A DNA stretch of 64,000 bases from Phycisphaerae bacterium (GTDB lineage Bacteria > Planctomycetota > Phycisphaerae > SM23-33), in the NCBI GenBank assembly GCA_016782885.1, contig JADHXQ010000011.1, forward strand, positions 1,042 to 65,041. The letters run 5' to 3'. Each line of letters opens with the position of its first letter. The first letter of the stretch is position 1. The position numbers and the translations under genes were made by a program. Of this stretch, positions 48,129 to 57,772 are shown in pieces. A model generated the notes under the pieces. The model searched no databases, was not told the DNA's origin, and was given only the letters and a program-made list of their open reading frames with translations.

Positions 48129-50663
48129 TCAGCCGCCGGTCTTCGGTGTTCCCCGCAGAGCGTCGCGCACGGCATGTGCCAGCGACCGGGCGGAGAACGG
48201 CTTGGTCAGGATCGGGGCGCCCGTCGTTATCGGGCCTCTCTTGGCGATCACATCGGCGGCGTGTCCGGACATGAAAAGAACCCTGGTGGCGGGATCGGCG
48301 TTCACTATCTTCCGCGAGAGTTCAAAACCGTCCAGACCCGGCATGACCACATCGGTCAGGAGGAGGTCGACTTTCCGGTCCGCCCGTCCGGCCTGGGCAA
48401 GTGCGCTGTCCGCCCCGTCGGCGACGAGCACGTCATACCCGCAATCCTGCAGCGTATCCCGTATCATCCATCGTATCGCCTCTTCATCCTCGACCACCAG
48501 GACGGTCCCGGTTCCGACGGGAAGAGGCGCCGCCGGGCCATTTTCGCCCCGGTCCGTCCCGGCGGGTGCATCGACCCTGGGGAAATACAACCGGAAGATC
48601 GTGCCCTGTCCCGGTTCGCTGTAGACCGCGACATGCCCCCCGCTTTGCCTGGCGAAACCGTAGACCATCGCCAATCCCAACCCCGTGCCCTTGCCCACCG
48701 CCTTGGTGGTGAAGAAGGGGTCAAAAACCTTCTCCATAATCTCCGGGGCCATGCCTTCACCGGTGTCGCTGACGGATATCATCACGTAATCACCGGGGTT
48801 GGCGCCGGGGTGCGATGCGGCGTAGGCATGATCCAGCACCGCGCAGGCAGTTTCTATGGCGACCCGCCCTCCGCCGGGCATCGCGTCGCGGGCGTTGACG
48901 ATGAGATTCATCAAAGCGTGCCGCAAATGGCCCGCATCAACCAGGATCCGCCCCAGGCCCTCGCCAAGCCTGGACGACAGGTCGACGTTCTCGGGGATCG
49001 CCTTGCCGAGCGTCTTTACGGTGTCCTCGATCAGACCGTTAGGCTCGACGACCTCCGGTTTCAGCATCTGTTCGCGGCTGAAGGACAGCAGGTCCGCCGA
49101 TACGACCGCCGAACGGTCCGCCGCCTTGAGAATCTCCTGAAGGTACTGCCCGCCTTTCTCCACGACCAGACCGCCCCTCAGGAGCATCTCCCCGTAACCC
49201 TTGATCACGGTAAGCTGGTTGCGGAAGTCGTGTGCGATTCCGCCGGCCAACTGTCCGACGGCTTCCATCTTCTGGGCCTGCATGAAGCGGTGTTCCATCT
49301 TTCGCCGCTCATCTTCGGTGTGCCGATGCTCGTCGATTTCCCTGGCGAGTCGATCGTTGGCGTCCTGGAGCTGGGACGTCCGCTCCCGCACGCGATCTTC
49401 CAGCGTGCCCTGCCATCTCTGGATGCGTTCGATCATGGAGTTGAACGATTCGGCGAGCCGGCCGACCTCGTCCCTTCGCACTACGATTGCGCGTACTGAA
49501 AGGTCTCCGCGACGGGCCTGTTCGGCGGTCCGGCTGAGCGCCAGAACCGGGCGGGCGAACCGATTCACCATCACCAGGAGGACCGCAAGGCTGATCGTGA
49601 ACCCCGCCATCCAGACCGTGATGGTCGTTCCCACCGCATCCCAGACCGGGATCAGGATATCCGCTTCGTCGCGCTTAACCACCATGCCCCAGTCCTGGTC
49701 GGGGCCTACGGGCAGGTGCCTGTACGCCGCCAGCACCCTCACGCCGCGATAGTCTTCAGTGCGGATCAGGCCTTCCTTGCCCATCGAGGCCAACAGGGCG
49801 GGCCTGGCCTGGATCTGGTAGTCCAGTTCCCTGGGCATGCTTCCATCGGCCAGCGGATGGCTCAGCCCCATCAGGATGCGCCGGTCCTCGTTGACCAGGA
49901 CAATCTCCCCGGTCGTCCCCAGCCCCCCTCCGGTGTAGAGCATGGGCTTGAGGAATTCGTCGGTGTCGATGTGGGCGACAACCACCGCGAGGACTTTGCG
50001 TTGACCGGCCTGCCCAAGGTCGAAATCGCAGATGGCCGTCGCGATATTCATGTAATGCCTGCCGGTCTGGGAGTCGAGGACCACGTCGACCCATTCTCGC
50101 CCTGCTGCAACCATGGCCTGGCGGAAGACCTCCGAATCGGCGATGCTTCGGCCCAGACCGGTCCCGTCCGTCGCGGCCAGGATGACGCCCCCGTCGGCAT
50201 CGGCGATTCTTATCCGTTCGAACACGCCGTAACTGCCCATGACGACGGCGAGGCGGCGAAGAAGGGTCTGGTAACCCGGTTCGCTCGTGATTCGCAACCG
50301 GAAGGCGTCCGGGGTCTCTCGGGGCTGTTTCTCCCTCGCCAGGCGAGAAAGCTCCTTCACCGACTCTTCGACGATTCCGTTCTGCGACAGCGCCCGGACG
50401 TTGGCCTTTCGCTGCTCGAGCCAGAGCAGAAAACGTTCCTTCTTCAGGTCGGCCACCACGTTGAGGTGCCTGGCGACACTGGCCTGTTCGTGGCCGTAGA
50501 CGCCTCCCCAATCCGTCAGAGGCAGGCCGAACGCCACCGAAAGGACGACCGCCGCCATGACGCCCGCAAGCAGCAGACCGAAATACATCGCCATCCTGAA
50601 TCGCAGGCTCAGGAAGAAGCGGACCTTCGCTCCGCCGGGATCGGGGGGGCTCATGGCGTTCAT
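48129..50663 (-). CDS. Hybrid sensor histidine kinase (Cache-like, HAMP, HisKA, HATPase, REC)
   Basis: Two [60 protein letters not shown]; start MNAMS overlaps the upstream stop. Confidence 0.92.
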   Translation of the reverse strand: MNAMSPPDPGGAKVRFFLSLRFRMAMYFGLLLAGVMAAVVLSVAFGLPLTDWGGVYGHEQASVARHLNVVADLKKERFLLWLEQRKANVRALSQNGIVEESVKELSRLAREKQPRETPDAFRLRITSEPGYQTLLRRLAVVMGSYGVFERIRIADADGGVILAATDGTGLGRSIADSEVFRQAMVAAGREWVDVVLDSQTGRHYMNIATAICDFDLGQAGQRKVLAVVVAHIDTDEFLKPMLYTGGGLGTTGEIVLVNEDRRILMGLSHPLADGSMPRELDYQIQARPALLASMGKEGLIRTEDYRGVRVLAAYRHLPVGPDQDWGMVVKRDEADILIPVWDAVGTTITVWMAGFTISLAVLLVMVNRFARPVLALSRTAEQARRGDLSVRAIVVRRDEVGRLAESFNSMIERIQRWQGTLEDRVRERTSQLQDANDRLAREIDEHRHTEDERRKMEHRFMQAQKMEAVGQLAGGIAHDFRNQLTVIKGYGEMLLRGGLVVEKGGQYLQEILKAADRSAVVSADLLSFSREQMLKPEVVEPNGLIEDTVKTLGKAIPENVDLSSRLGEGLGRILVDAGHLRHALMNLIVNARDAMPGGGRVAIETACAVLDHAYAASHPGANPGDYVMISVSDTGEGMAPEIMEKVFDPFFTTKAVGKGTGLGLAMVYGFARQSGGHVAVYSEPGQGTIFRLYFPRVDAPAGTDRGENGPAAPLPVGTGTVLVVEDEEAIRWMIRDTLQDCGYDVLVADGADSALAQAGRADRKVDLLLTDVVMPGLDGFELSRKIVNADPATRVLFMSGHAADVIAKRGPITTGAPILTKPFSARSLAHAVRDALRGTPKTGG

Positions 50664-51808
50664 TGATCGCCTCCCTCGTCGTGTCTGAACTCGCCAAGGC
50701 GGTACAGTGCGGGATCGGCGAGGATGCTCCGGAAGATTGTCCTGTCGAACATCGCCCGAATCGCCGCCCAGTCGGTATCGGCGGGCAGATGCCCCAGTCT
50801 CTTCAGGAAATCCAGTTCGCGATGCAGTTGGCCCCCATCCCTGAGAGCGAAAACCGGGACGAGGGAGTTGCGGCTGGTCCCGCTGGCCTGTACAACGGTC
50901 TGCACCATGTTGTCGACCGAGAACGGCGCGTCGTCTTCCGTTGCCAGGGGCCTGCTGGCCTGCTCGGCCCATCGGCAGGAGAGCAATATATTGTCCCTGT
51001 CTCGCAGCATCCAGGCGGTTGCCCGTTCGTGGGCGGCGAGTATCCGGCGAACGGCCTGGGGGCGGTTGTCGGCGAAGACCCTGGTAAAGTACAGGAATCC
51101 CAGGTACCGGCTGCGGTGAATCACGGCGCTGCCGGGGCAGTGTTTGAGCACGGACGACGTCAACGGTTCCCACGTTCCACAAGCATCGATCCTTCCATCG
51201 AGAAGCGCCGCGGACATTTTCGTGGGCTCCATCGCCACCAGAGTGACATCACCTTCATCGATTCCTGAGAGCTTCAGGCCGTCCAGCACGGCGTGATGGG
51301 TGGAGGCGCCGAAGGGCACGGCGATCCGCTTGCCCTTGAGCTGCTCGAGGCGAACGGCCCGGCGGGCGACGATCTCGTCATAACCCTGATCGGTCATGAC
51401 GGGGATGAGAACGGGTGTGCGGCTTGCGATGCGCAGGACGGCCATGTCACCGCAGATACCCCCGTCCAGGTCTCCTCGCTCGACGAAACAGTTGATGTCC
51501 GCGCCCGTCTGGAAGGAGTGGAACCGGATCTCCATACCGAGTTTCGCCAGTTCCTCCCTCAGGACCGCATCTCGCCGCATGACCTCCATGACGTTCCCGG
51601 CGAACGCCCACATCGGTTGGGTTCCCAGATGGATGACGTTCTCTCGCGGTGAAAAGTCGTACCGGGAGTAGACCGGGTGGCTGGCGGGGTCCTGTCTTAC
51701 GGGGTCGGCTTCAGGCGGCGGCTTCCAGAGAACCGCCACAATCGCAAGTGCGATTCCGCAGACCGGAACAAGTCCGAACAGCAGGACCGGTCTGGATATG
51801 ATCCGCAT
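50660..51808 (-). CDS. NrtA/SsuA-type periplasmic substrate-binding protein (alternative start 51853)
   Basis: N-terminal TM, GDLDG...GD, LKGKRIAVPFGAS, GRIDA...WEP. Confidence 0.82.
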   Translation of the reverse strand: MRIISRPVLLFGLVPVCGIALAIVAVLWKPPPEADPVRQDPASHPVYSRYDFSPRENVIHLGTQPMWAFAGNVMEVMRRDAVLREELAKLGMEIRFHSFQTGADINCFVERGDLDGGICGDMAVLRIASRTPVLIPVMTDQGYDEIVARRAVRLEQLKGKRIAVPFGASTHHAVLDGLKLSGIDEGDVTLVAMEPTKMSAALLDGRIDACGTWEPLTSSVLKHCPGSAVIHRSRYLGFLYFTRVFADNRPQAVRRILAAHERATAWMLRDRDNILLSCRWAEQASRPLATEDDAPFSVDNMVQTVVQASGTSRNSLVPVFALRDGGQLHRELDFLKRLGHLPADTDWAAIRAMFDRTIFRSILADPALYRLGEFRHDEGGDQ

Positions 51809-51881
51809 TGCCAACCGCCTTCCGGGAACACTACCCCGGATCGTGAGATTCACAGGTCGCCCAAATTAATTCACCCGAACC

Positions 51882-51909
51882 ATTCTACATCAGACTCCCG
51901 GAGTGTCAA
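51882..51909 (-). promoter_or_regulatory. Sigma70-like promoter of the binding-protein/kinase pair
   Basis: TTGACA-16 nt-TAGAAT. Confidence 0.6.
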
Positions 51910-52046
51910 GTTGCAAATTTGCCCCCGCCACAGACATATCTTCCAGCCCGCCGGACCGGGCGCATCCCGGCAGGTATGCAGATACACGCATCACAGGATA
52001 TTCGACCCAAACAGGTCTATGCCCGGGTCAACAGCGGGGCGTTCGG

Positions 52047-52592
52047 TCATGAACAGCACATGCACGGACCGCCGCCTTTCCCGCGAAGACAACCGCGTCG
52101 GTCAGCAGCGGGGCATTTTCCGTTCCTGCATCCATCTCCCCAGCCCCAGCGGCAGCGCTGCATTCGATTCCGGGTTGCCCGGACCCGTTCGGACATCAGG
52201 CCCATGAGCCTGGCGCGCTGCTGAGGTGAGAGGTGTTGGCGCACTTCCATGATGTGCTCGGCGACGCGGCGCTCCAGGGCGTTGTGCGCCAGCATCATCT
52301 TCTCGACCTGCGCCATCACCGTCTCCCGAGCGGCGCCGGAGTCCTCCAGCAATTCGGCGAGCCTGTCCTGCTCGGCGTCGAGTTTCATCGCAAGTTCGCC
52401 GGCCTCGCCGCGGAAGTTCGGGTCCGCCTTACCGATGGCGGATTCCTGCTCGGCTGACAGATCAAGCAGGTGCGACATCGGCGGTCTTCGCCGGGTTGTC
52501 GCCGCGGTGTCCGGACCGCGGGCGTATAGGAACGAGACGATACCCGATGCCAATGCTACAATCAGTATTACAAGCGTCGTGAGATTTTTCAT
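52047..52592 (-). CDS. Periplasmic heavy-metal sensor / Spy-CpxP-CnrX-like protein
   Basis: TM anchor, LDLSAEQ and LSPQQR motifs, His/Met helix, Cys/Gly-rich tail. Confidence 0.8.
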   Translation of the reverse strand: MKNLTTLVILIVALASGIVSFLYARGPDTAATTRRRPPMSHLLDLSAEQESAIGKADPNFRGEAGELAMKLDAEQDRLAELLEDSGAARETVMAQVEKMMLAHNALERRVAEHIMEVRQHLSPQQRARLMGLMSERVRATRNRMQRCRWGWGDGCRNGKCPAADRRGCLRGKGGGPCMCCS

Positions 52593-53059
52593 TGTTCTTT
52601 CTCCCCGGATTCCTTTGTCGCCGCCAGCACGTATTCCGAGAGGCCGGCCGGCGTACCGGATTCAAACGTATCGAGGTAAAGTGACGCGGCCGCCTGCTGC
52701 TTCAGGTTTCGGGCAGCGGCCGATGGCTCGGGACGATACGACCGCCCGGCTGCGTATCCGATGGCGGCGGCAAGGACGATCGATGCCGCGGTTTTCAGTG
52801 CGACCAGGGCGAACCTTCGCCATGCCGACGGGCAGCGCATCCCACGTGAGCCCGCGGCGATGACTATCCGCTCGCTGATGTCTCTGCCGGGCCGAATCGT
52901 CTCCCATTGGCCCAGGACTTCCCATGTGTTAACCAGTTGCTGATTCAGTCGCCTGCACGATTCACAGGCGGCGAGGTGGTCCTCGGCTGCGGCTCGCTCA
53001 TCCGAACCGGAATGCCCGCCGATCAAATCGAGCAATTGTGCTTCGGTAAGGTGTTGCAT
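52589..53059 (-). CDS. Zinc-finger (zf-HC2) anti-sigma factor
   Basis: HLAACESC motif followed by a TM helix; next to the ECF sigma gene. Confidence 0.87.
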   Translation of the reverse strand: MQHLTEAQLLDLIGGHSGSDERAAAEDHLAACESCRRLNQQLVNTWEVLGQWETIRPGRDISERIVIAAGSRGMRCPSAWRRFALVALKTAASIVLAAAIGYAAGRSYRPEPSAAARNLKQQAAASLYLDTFESGTPAGLSEYVLAATKESGEKEQ

Positions 53060-53077
53060 TATCGATCCCTTTGCATG

Positions 53078-53104
53078 TTAAACGTTCGCAATCTCAATAT
53101 CCTG
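53078..53104 (-). promoter_or_regulatory. Candidate ECF promoter of the anti-sigma/sensor genes
   Basis: CAGG-N16-CGTTTAA, matching the motif at 53803-53830. Confidence 0.45.
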
Positions 53105-53114
53105 CAAGTAATTC

Positions 53115-53666
53115 CTATGATTCTTCCATCAGCTTCGACAGCGATTTTCGGAGATTGGCATATGCCCGCACCAGCAGCGACTCCACCGCCGGCTGCGACC
53201 AGCCCGTAACCTCTGCAATGTCGCGATGCGAAAGGCCTTCGTAGCGGTGCAGATTCAACACCGTTTTCTGGCGATCCGGCAGGTCTGCGACGGCCTGGCG
53301 AATGATTTCCACCCGTTCGCTCGCTTCCAGCGGGTCCGGGACGCTCCGGACGGGTAAGTCAGCATCTTTCGACAGCGCCGCCGGGGCGCGTTTGGACCGG
53401 CGCATCGCGTCGAGGCACAGGTTAACCGCAATTCGATACAGCCATGTTGAGACTTTCGCCTTCGGTTGATACTTGCCCGCCGAATGATACACGCGCAGAA
53501 ATACTTCCTGGGCAACGTCTTCCGCAAAATCCCAACTCCCCAGGGTGCGATAGGCCAGCGCCTGAATGTTCTGCTGGTGTCGGCGGACCAGTTCGCCAAG
53601 GGCGTCCATATCACCGGACCCTATCGCCTTAACGAGGTCGGTATCGCTGTTGATTTCTTCTGGCAG
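53115..53666 (-). CDS. ECF RNA polymerase sigma factor (probable CTG start at 53666; first ATG at 53609)
   Basis: AEDVAQEVF, STWLYRIAVN, LPDRQK, EGLSHRDIA, VESLLVRA; upstream in-frame SDTDLVKAIGSGD. Confidence 0.9.
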   Translation of the reverse strand: MPEEINSDTDLVKAIGSGDMDALGELVRRHQQNIQALAYRTLGSWDFAEDVAQEVFLRVYHSAGKYQPKAKVSTWLYRIAVNLCLDAMRRSKRAPAALSKDADLPVRSVPDPLEASERVEIIRQAVADLPDRQKTVLNLHRYEGLSHRDIAEVTGWSQPAVESLLVRAYANLRKSLSKLMEES

Positions 53667-53802
53667 AATCAGGCCTTTCCGCTCTGGGGTTTTCGAGTAT
53701 CAATATCATAACGAACCGAGCACTTGTTTCCAATGGATGGGGCAATATGCATGTTCACCTTGAGAATCTCGGATTAATTCCAAAAAGCGCCAAAACCGAC
53801 CA

Positions 53803-53830
53803 CAGGTAAAGATGCCTTGTGAGCGTTTAA
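53803..53830 (+). promoter_or_regulatory. Candidate ECF promoter of the divergent secreted protein
   Basis: CAGG-N17-CGTTTAA. Confidence 0.45.
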
Positions 53831-53935
53831 GGGTAAAAAGGATTCCGAGGTCCGGGACTCCAGTGTTTGGAGGCTCGGCGGCCTCGGGAAGAACACGCAG
53901 TCACGGCGACTGCATTGCATGAGGAGATCGTTACC

Positions 53936-54322
53936 ATGAAGAAAACTCTCACCCTTACTCTTGTAGTATCTCTGGTCCTATGCCTCCTGGCGGTGGATGC
54001 TTACAGCAGGCGCGGAGGCGACCCATCTGACGGCGTGGTCATCATGATTTCCCCCAGGACGCTGGTTCTCGACTCTGCCGGCGGCGCCGCCGTGACGGTC
54101 CACACGAACCTCCCGCTGGGTTCAGTGGATCGCAGCTCGATTGAACTGAGCGGTATCCCCGCACTTTTCACCTTTGCCGACGACAGGGGCAATCTTGTAG
54201 CGAAGTTTGACGACGCGGTCGTCAAGTCCATCGTCGCTCCGCCTGAGGCGACCCTCACCCTGACCGGCGACAGGCTCAACGGACCGCCGTTCGCCGCGTC
54301 CGAGACCATCAACGTCAGGTAA
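53936..54322 (+). CDS. Small secreted hypothetical protein
   Basis: GAGGAG RBS, MKK signal peptide, DDRGNLVAKF, LTLTG beta-rich domain. Confidence 0.8.
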   Translation: MKKTLTLTLVVSLVLCLLAVDAYSRRGGDPSDGVVIMISPRTLVLDSAGGAAVTVHTNLPLGSVDRSSIELSGIPALFTFADDRGNLVAKFDDAVVKSIVAPPEATLTLTGDRLNGPPFAASETINVR

Positions 54323-54403
54323 CGGCGGACTTAACCGGCCCGATGACGGAAACGGCGGCCAGTAATAAATCACGCATCGCTCAGGGCAAGCAAACCCGGG
54401 ATT

Positions 54404-55111
54404 TCAGATCGGGCGTCGCCGGCGCTTCAACAGCAACGGTAGGGCTGCGGTCATCAGGATCATGGTCCCCGGTTCGGGAGCGCCGATGTAGAAGGTCAGG
54501 TCCTTGGCGCCCTGGTAGTCCGCACTGCCGGTATGGATGCCCGTACCGCGCCCATAGGGGCCTTCGGTGGTGTCGCCGGCGAGGCTGAACTGGTAATTGT
54601 TTGCGTGGTAAGGCGGAGTGAGCAGGCCGACGGAGTAAATCTGTCCGGCGGTCAGGGTGCCCAGCGAAGCAGTCTCGGCGGGGGTCAGCGTGATGGTAAT
54701 ATAGCGATTACCGGTAGCATCGAACGGACCGCCGGTGACCGTGATGTCGGGACCGCGCTGGGTCGTACCGGCGGCGAAGTCCTTACCGCGATGCAGCCGC
54801 AGAATAAAGTCCGCGGCCGGCTCGGCGGCGCTATTGCGCGGGTCCGTGGCGGCGCGGAACGTTATCGAGGAGAACCAATAGTCCGACCCGCCCGCGCTAC
54901 CGTGCGTAAACGACTGGCCGTTGGGGAGAGACTTGTCGGAAACCTTCAGATACATCCCGGTGGCGCCAGTGTCGTTCCAGGCATCGGGAAGGTACGTACC
55001 AGCAGCCGGGGGCGTGGGACTGGTGCTGATCGTAGCGGCTGGCGCGACGCTGCCTGCGCCCAGCAACAGACAGGCAGACACGGAAACCACAACGATACTC
55101 CGTAAAAACAC
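54404..55111 (-). CDS. PEP-CTERM sorting domain protein
   Basis: GTG start with AAGGAGAGG RBS, signal peptide, C-terminal APEPGTMILMTAALPLLLKRRRR. Confidence 0.88.
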   Translation of the reverse strand: MFLRSIVVVSVSACLLLGAGSVAPAATISTSPTPPAAGTYLPDAWNDTGATGMYLKVSDKSLPNGQSFTHGSAGGSDYWFSSITFRAATDPRNSAAEPAADFILRLHRGKDFAAGTTQRGPDITVTGGPFDATGNRYITITLTPAETASLGTLTAGQIYSVGLLTPPYHANNYQFSLAGDTTEGPYGRGTGIHTGSADYQGAKDLTFYIGAPEPGTMILMTAALPLLLKRRRRPI

Positions 55112-55447
55112 GAGCCTCTCCTTGTCCAGGACGAGCAATTCCAGACGAGCAGCAAGCGAGCAAACTGACACGGCCGTAATAGCATACCACGATACACCGT
55201 TTGCGACAAAACAATTCTTGTCCGGATTTGGAGATTCGTTTTCGAGCGATACCACACAGATACGCCCGGATCGGTTGGTTTTCGAGCAAGCGAAAGGCAA
55301 CTGGCTCGGCCGGGGCAAGTGTCACATTTGGTTCACAGGTCTCAGCCTTTCAGGCTGCACAACTTAACGGGAAAAACTTCTTTCAGATTTGCACAACTAT
55401 GTATTCGCCAGAAAAACTAGTCACACCCGTGCAAAGGTCGGGTTAAT

Positions 55448-55474
55448 ATATCCGTGACATACGTGACATCTGTG
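55448..55474. repeat. Degenerate 9-bp tandem repeat, three copies
   Basis: atatccgtg acatacgtg acatctgtg. Confidence 0.5.
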
Positions 55475-55602
55475 GTTTAAACGAGGGCGGACCGTCTTCG
55501 TCTTGCGACTGCGTCGTAACACGCTGCTGACTGTGAGGACGGGCGGATGAAAGACTGTGCCCCATGTAAAGAGACGCAATATAAGAGTCGAGAGTATCCA
55601 CA

Positions 55603-57528
55603 ATGATTGAGTATAAATGTCGATTCTGCGGTACAGACATGGCATCCCCGGAAAGCAGGTCCGGCGAGATGGAGCAGTGCCCCGAATGTGGAAAAGCACA
55701 GGCTGTGCCCGTCGCGGCAGACGGGGACGCGGCGGGGCTCTCGGCGGCGAATTCAACAGAGGACCTCTCGGATGTCACACAAACCTGCCCCCGCTGCCAC
55801 AAGTCCTTGTCGATAGCGTACACGCCAGGCCGCGAGCTGTCCTGCTCGTATTGTGTGGCGAAGCTTCGGATAGCACCGGACAAATCCGTGGTATCCATCC
55901 CGGATGATTCCAGTGAGGCCCCCCCGGATGGAACCGAAACTTGTCCTGACTCCAACGAGGCGTCTCAAAGCGACATGGAGCCCCCGCCGCCGAACCCTGC
56001 GACTGTTATATACGTCAAAGCGATCATTTTGAGCGTGATACTGGTCCCTGTAATCGCAACAGCGATCTACCTGGCTGCAGGTGGAGGCCGTTCCGGCCGA
56101 AGGCGATTCGACGAATGGGGGATACGCTTCTCCGCCCCGCCCGGCTGGAACAAATGGACTGGCAGTAAGGAGTATCAGGCCGTCGAGATGTTGCAATCGC
56201 AATTGGGCGGAACCGGCAGGCACGTCACTCACGCGGCCCTGTGGGAGACTCCTGACAAGCGTGCCGTTTTTGTTGTCGGAATGTACCGGGCCGCTTCCGA
56301 TGAGTACCTCCAATCATTGCAGAGCAGTGAGCGGAACCACATGGAAGCGGAGCAGCGGAGAGGCAACGTCACAAAAATCCATGAACTGGCGATAGTGAAC
56401 GTTGGCGGTCGCGATGCTGTGAAGTCCGACACGGAGAGAAGCAGCGGCGTGCGCAGCGAATGCTATTACTTACCGGACACACCCAACGTGGTGTGCATTA
56501 TGATGCTTGCCCGTAGAAGCTCGGAGTTTGGCACGTATCACGAACAGATCAAAGGCTCCCTGGCGGGCTTGTCGATCGGCTCCCGCCGCTCAGACAGGGA
56601 TGTTCGCGATCCTGATGACGCCGGCGAGGCCGGCGAGTTCCCCACGCTCACACTGGCCCTGATATTGGCGTCACTGACCGCATTGCCGGTGCTGGCGCGG
56701 ATGGGGCGAGTCAGGTCTTGTGAGCCTAAGGTGCGCGGACTGATTGCGCGTGATCAAGCGGATTATCGCGTTCGCAGGCTGCTTGAAAAAGCATTTGGCC
56801 GATTTCCTGACACGGCTGTGGGTCGGCGTGTCGCCAACTGTGCTCTTTTCTTCTTCTTTCCGCTGGCGATCGTGCTGGGGTATCTCTGCAGCCTGGCTTC
56901 ACTTCACTTCGGATGGTGTTGTCTCGCCGGCGTGGTTCTGGGTGGGGTGTCGGCCGGGTTCTTATCTGATTGGATATCTCAAATATCTGACGAAAGGATG
57001 ACGCTGCGCAAGCTCAGAGCACGCTTGCGGGAAGAGTTCCCGGAACTATGGCACAAACTTGCGGCATACTGGCGCCAGAGGTCCATGAAGGAACGCCAGG
57101 AGCAGCTCGAGTTCGAAAAGAAGGCCGAGGAATTCTGGGACGGCTTTTCAGGCGAGAGTCTGCGCAGGAGCCAGGAGCAAACACAAAATCCCGGCGCGCA
57201 AGGCCTCATCGACATGTGGCGCCAGATCAATCCAAACGGGGCGGTGTTTATCAACGGCGAAAAGGTTCCGTCCGGCCTTCCCAGCATTCCCGAACTCGAT
57301 GCGGCAGCCAGGAAGATAGCAAGCATGGCCACTAACACAGATGCTTCAAAGGCCTCCGGTCTGTATCCGCACGAAACAGAGATCGCGGCAATAGGGAGAG
57401 CCATTAACGCGTCTCATGGGTTCAAAGGCATGCAACATGTCTGGACGGTCCTCCGGAAACTGAAAGGCCCGGGACCGACAAGCGAACTAACACGAATATG
57501 GAACGGAATTGGAAAGTGGCAATCATAG
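55603..57528 (+). CDS. Hypothetical multidomain membrane protein with two Zn ribbons
   Basis: CRFC/CPEC and CPRC/CSYC, TM, PsbP-like FSAPPGW domain, further TMs, C-terminal ELTRIWNGIGKW. Confidence 0.75.
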   Translation: MIEYKCRFCGTDMASPESRSGEMEQCPECGKAQAVPVAADGDAAGLSAANSTEDLSDVTQTCPRCHKSLSIAYTPGRELSCSYCVAKLRIAPDKSVVSIPDDSSEAPPDGTETCPDSNEASQSDMEPPPPNPATVIYVKAIILSVILVPVIATAIYLAAGGGRSGRRRFDEWGIRFSAPPGWNKWTGSKEYQAVEMLQSQLGGTGRHVTHAALWETPDKRAVFVVGMYRAASDEYLQSLQSSERNHMEAEQRRGNVTKIHELAIVNVGGRDAVKSDTERSSGVRSECYYLPDTPNVVCIMMLARRSSEFGTYHEQIKGSLAGLSIGSRRSDRDVRDPDDAGEAGEFPTLTLALILASLTALPVLARMGRVRSCEPKVRGLIARDQADYRVRRLLEKAFGRFPDTAVGRRVANCALFFFFPLAIVLGYLCSLASLHFGWCCLAGVVLGGVSAGFLSDWISQISDERMTLRKLRARLREEFPELWHKLAAYWRQRSMKERQEQLEFEKKAEEFWDGFSGESLRRSQEQTQNPGAQGLIDMWRQINPNGAVFINGEKVPSGLPSIPELDAAARKIASMATNTDASKASGLYPHETEIAAIGRAINASHGFKGMQHVWTVLRKLKGPGPTSELTRIWNGIGKWQS

Positions 57529-57548
57529 CAATGCCTTGGGGATAAACC

Positions 57549-57582
57549 GGGTCAGAACTGCTCTGTAGAAAAGCTCTGACCC
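57549..57582. repeat. REP-like inverted repeat / possible terminator
   Basis: GGGTCAGA-N18-TCTGACCC, 20 nt after the stop codon. Confidence 0.5.
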
Positions 57583-57772
57583 CATTGGTTCCTGACCGGC
57601 GTACTGTCGGCCGCCATTCACGATTAAGGATGCATTCTCTTCATATCTTCAGTATTTACAGGCATCGGTAGCGCGGGGCGTTGCTTAACTGATAGCTGAC
57701 AGCGACCTGACGTCATGTTATGATGCCAGACGCACAATGAACATTCTTCAACCTTCAGGAGAAAGGGCCGCT

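Noticed and set aside
50664-51182. N-terminal extension of the 1017-aa kinase ORF
   Set aside because: Overlaps the binding-protein gene in another frame; the real start is most likely at 50663
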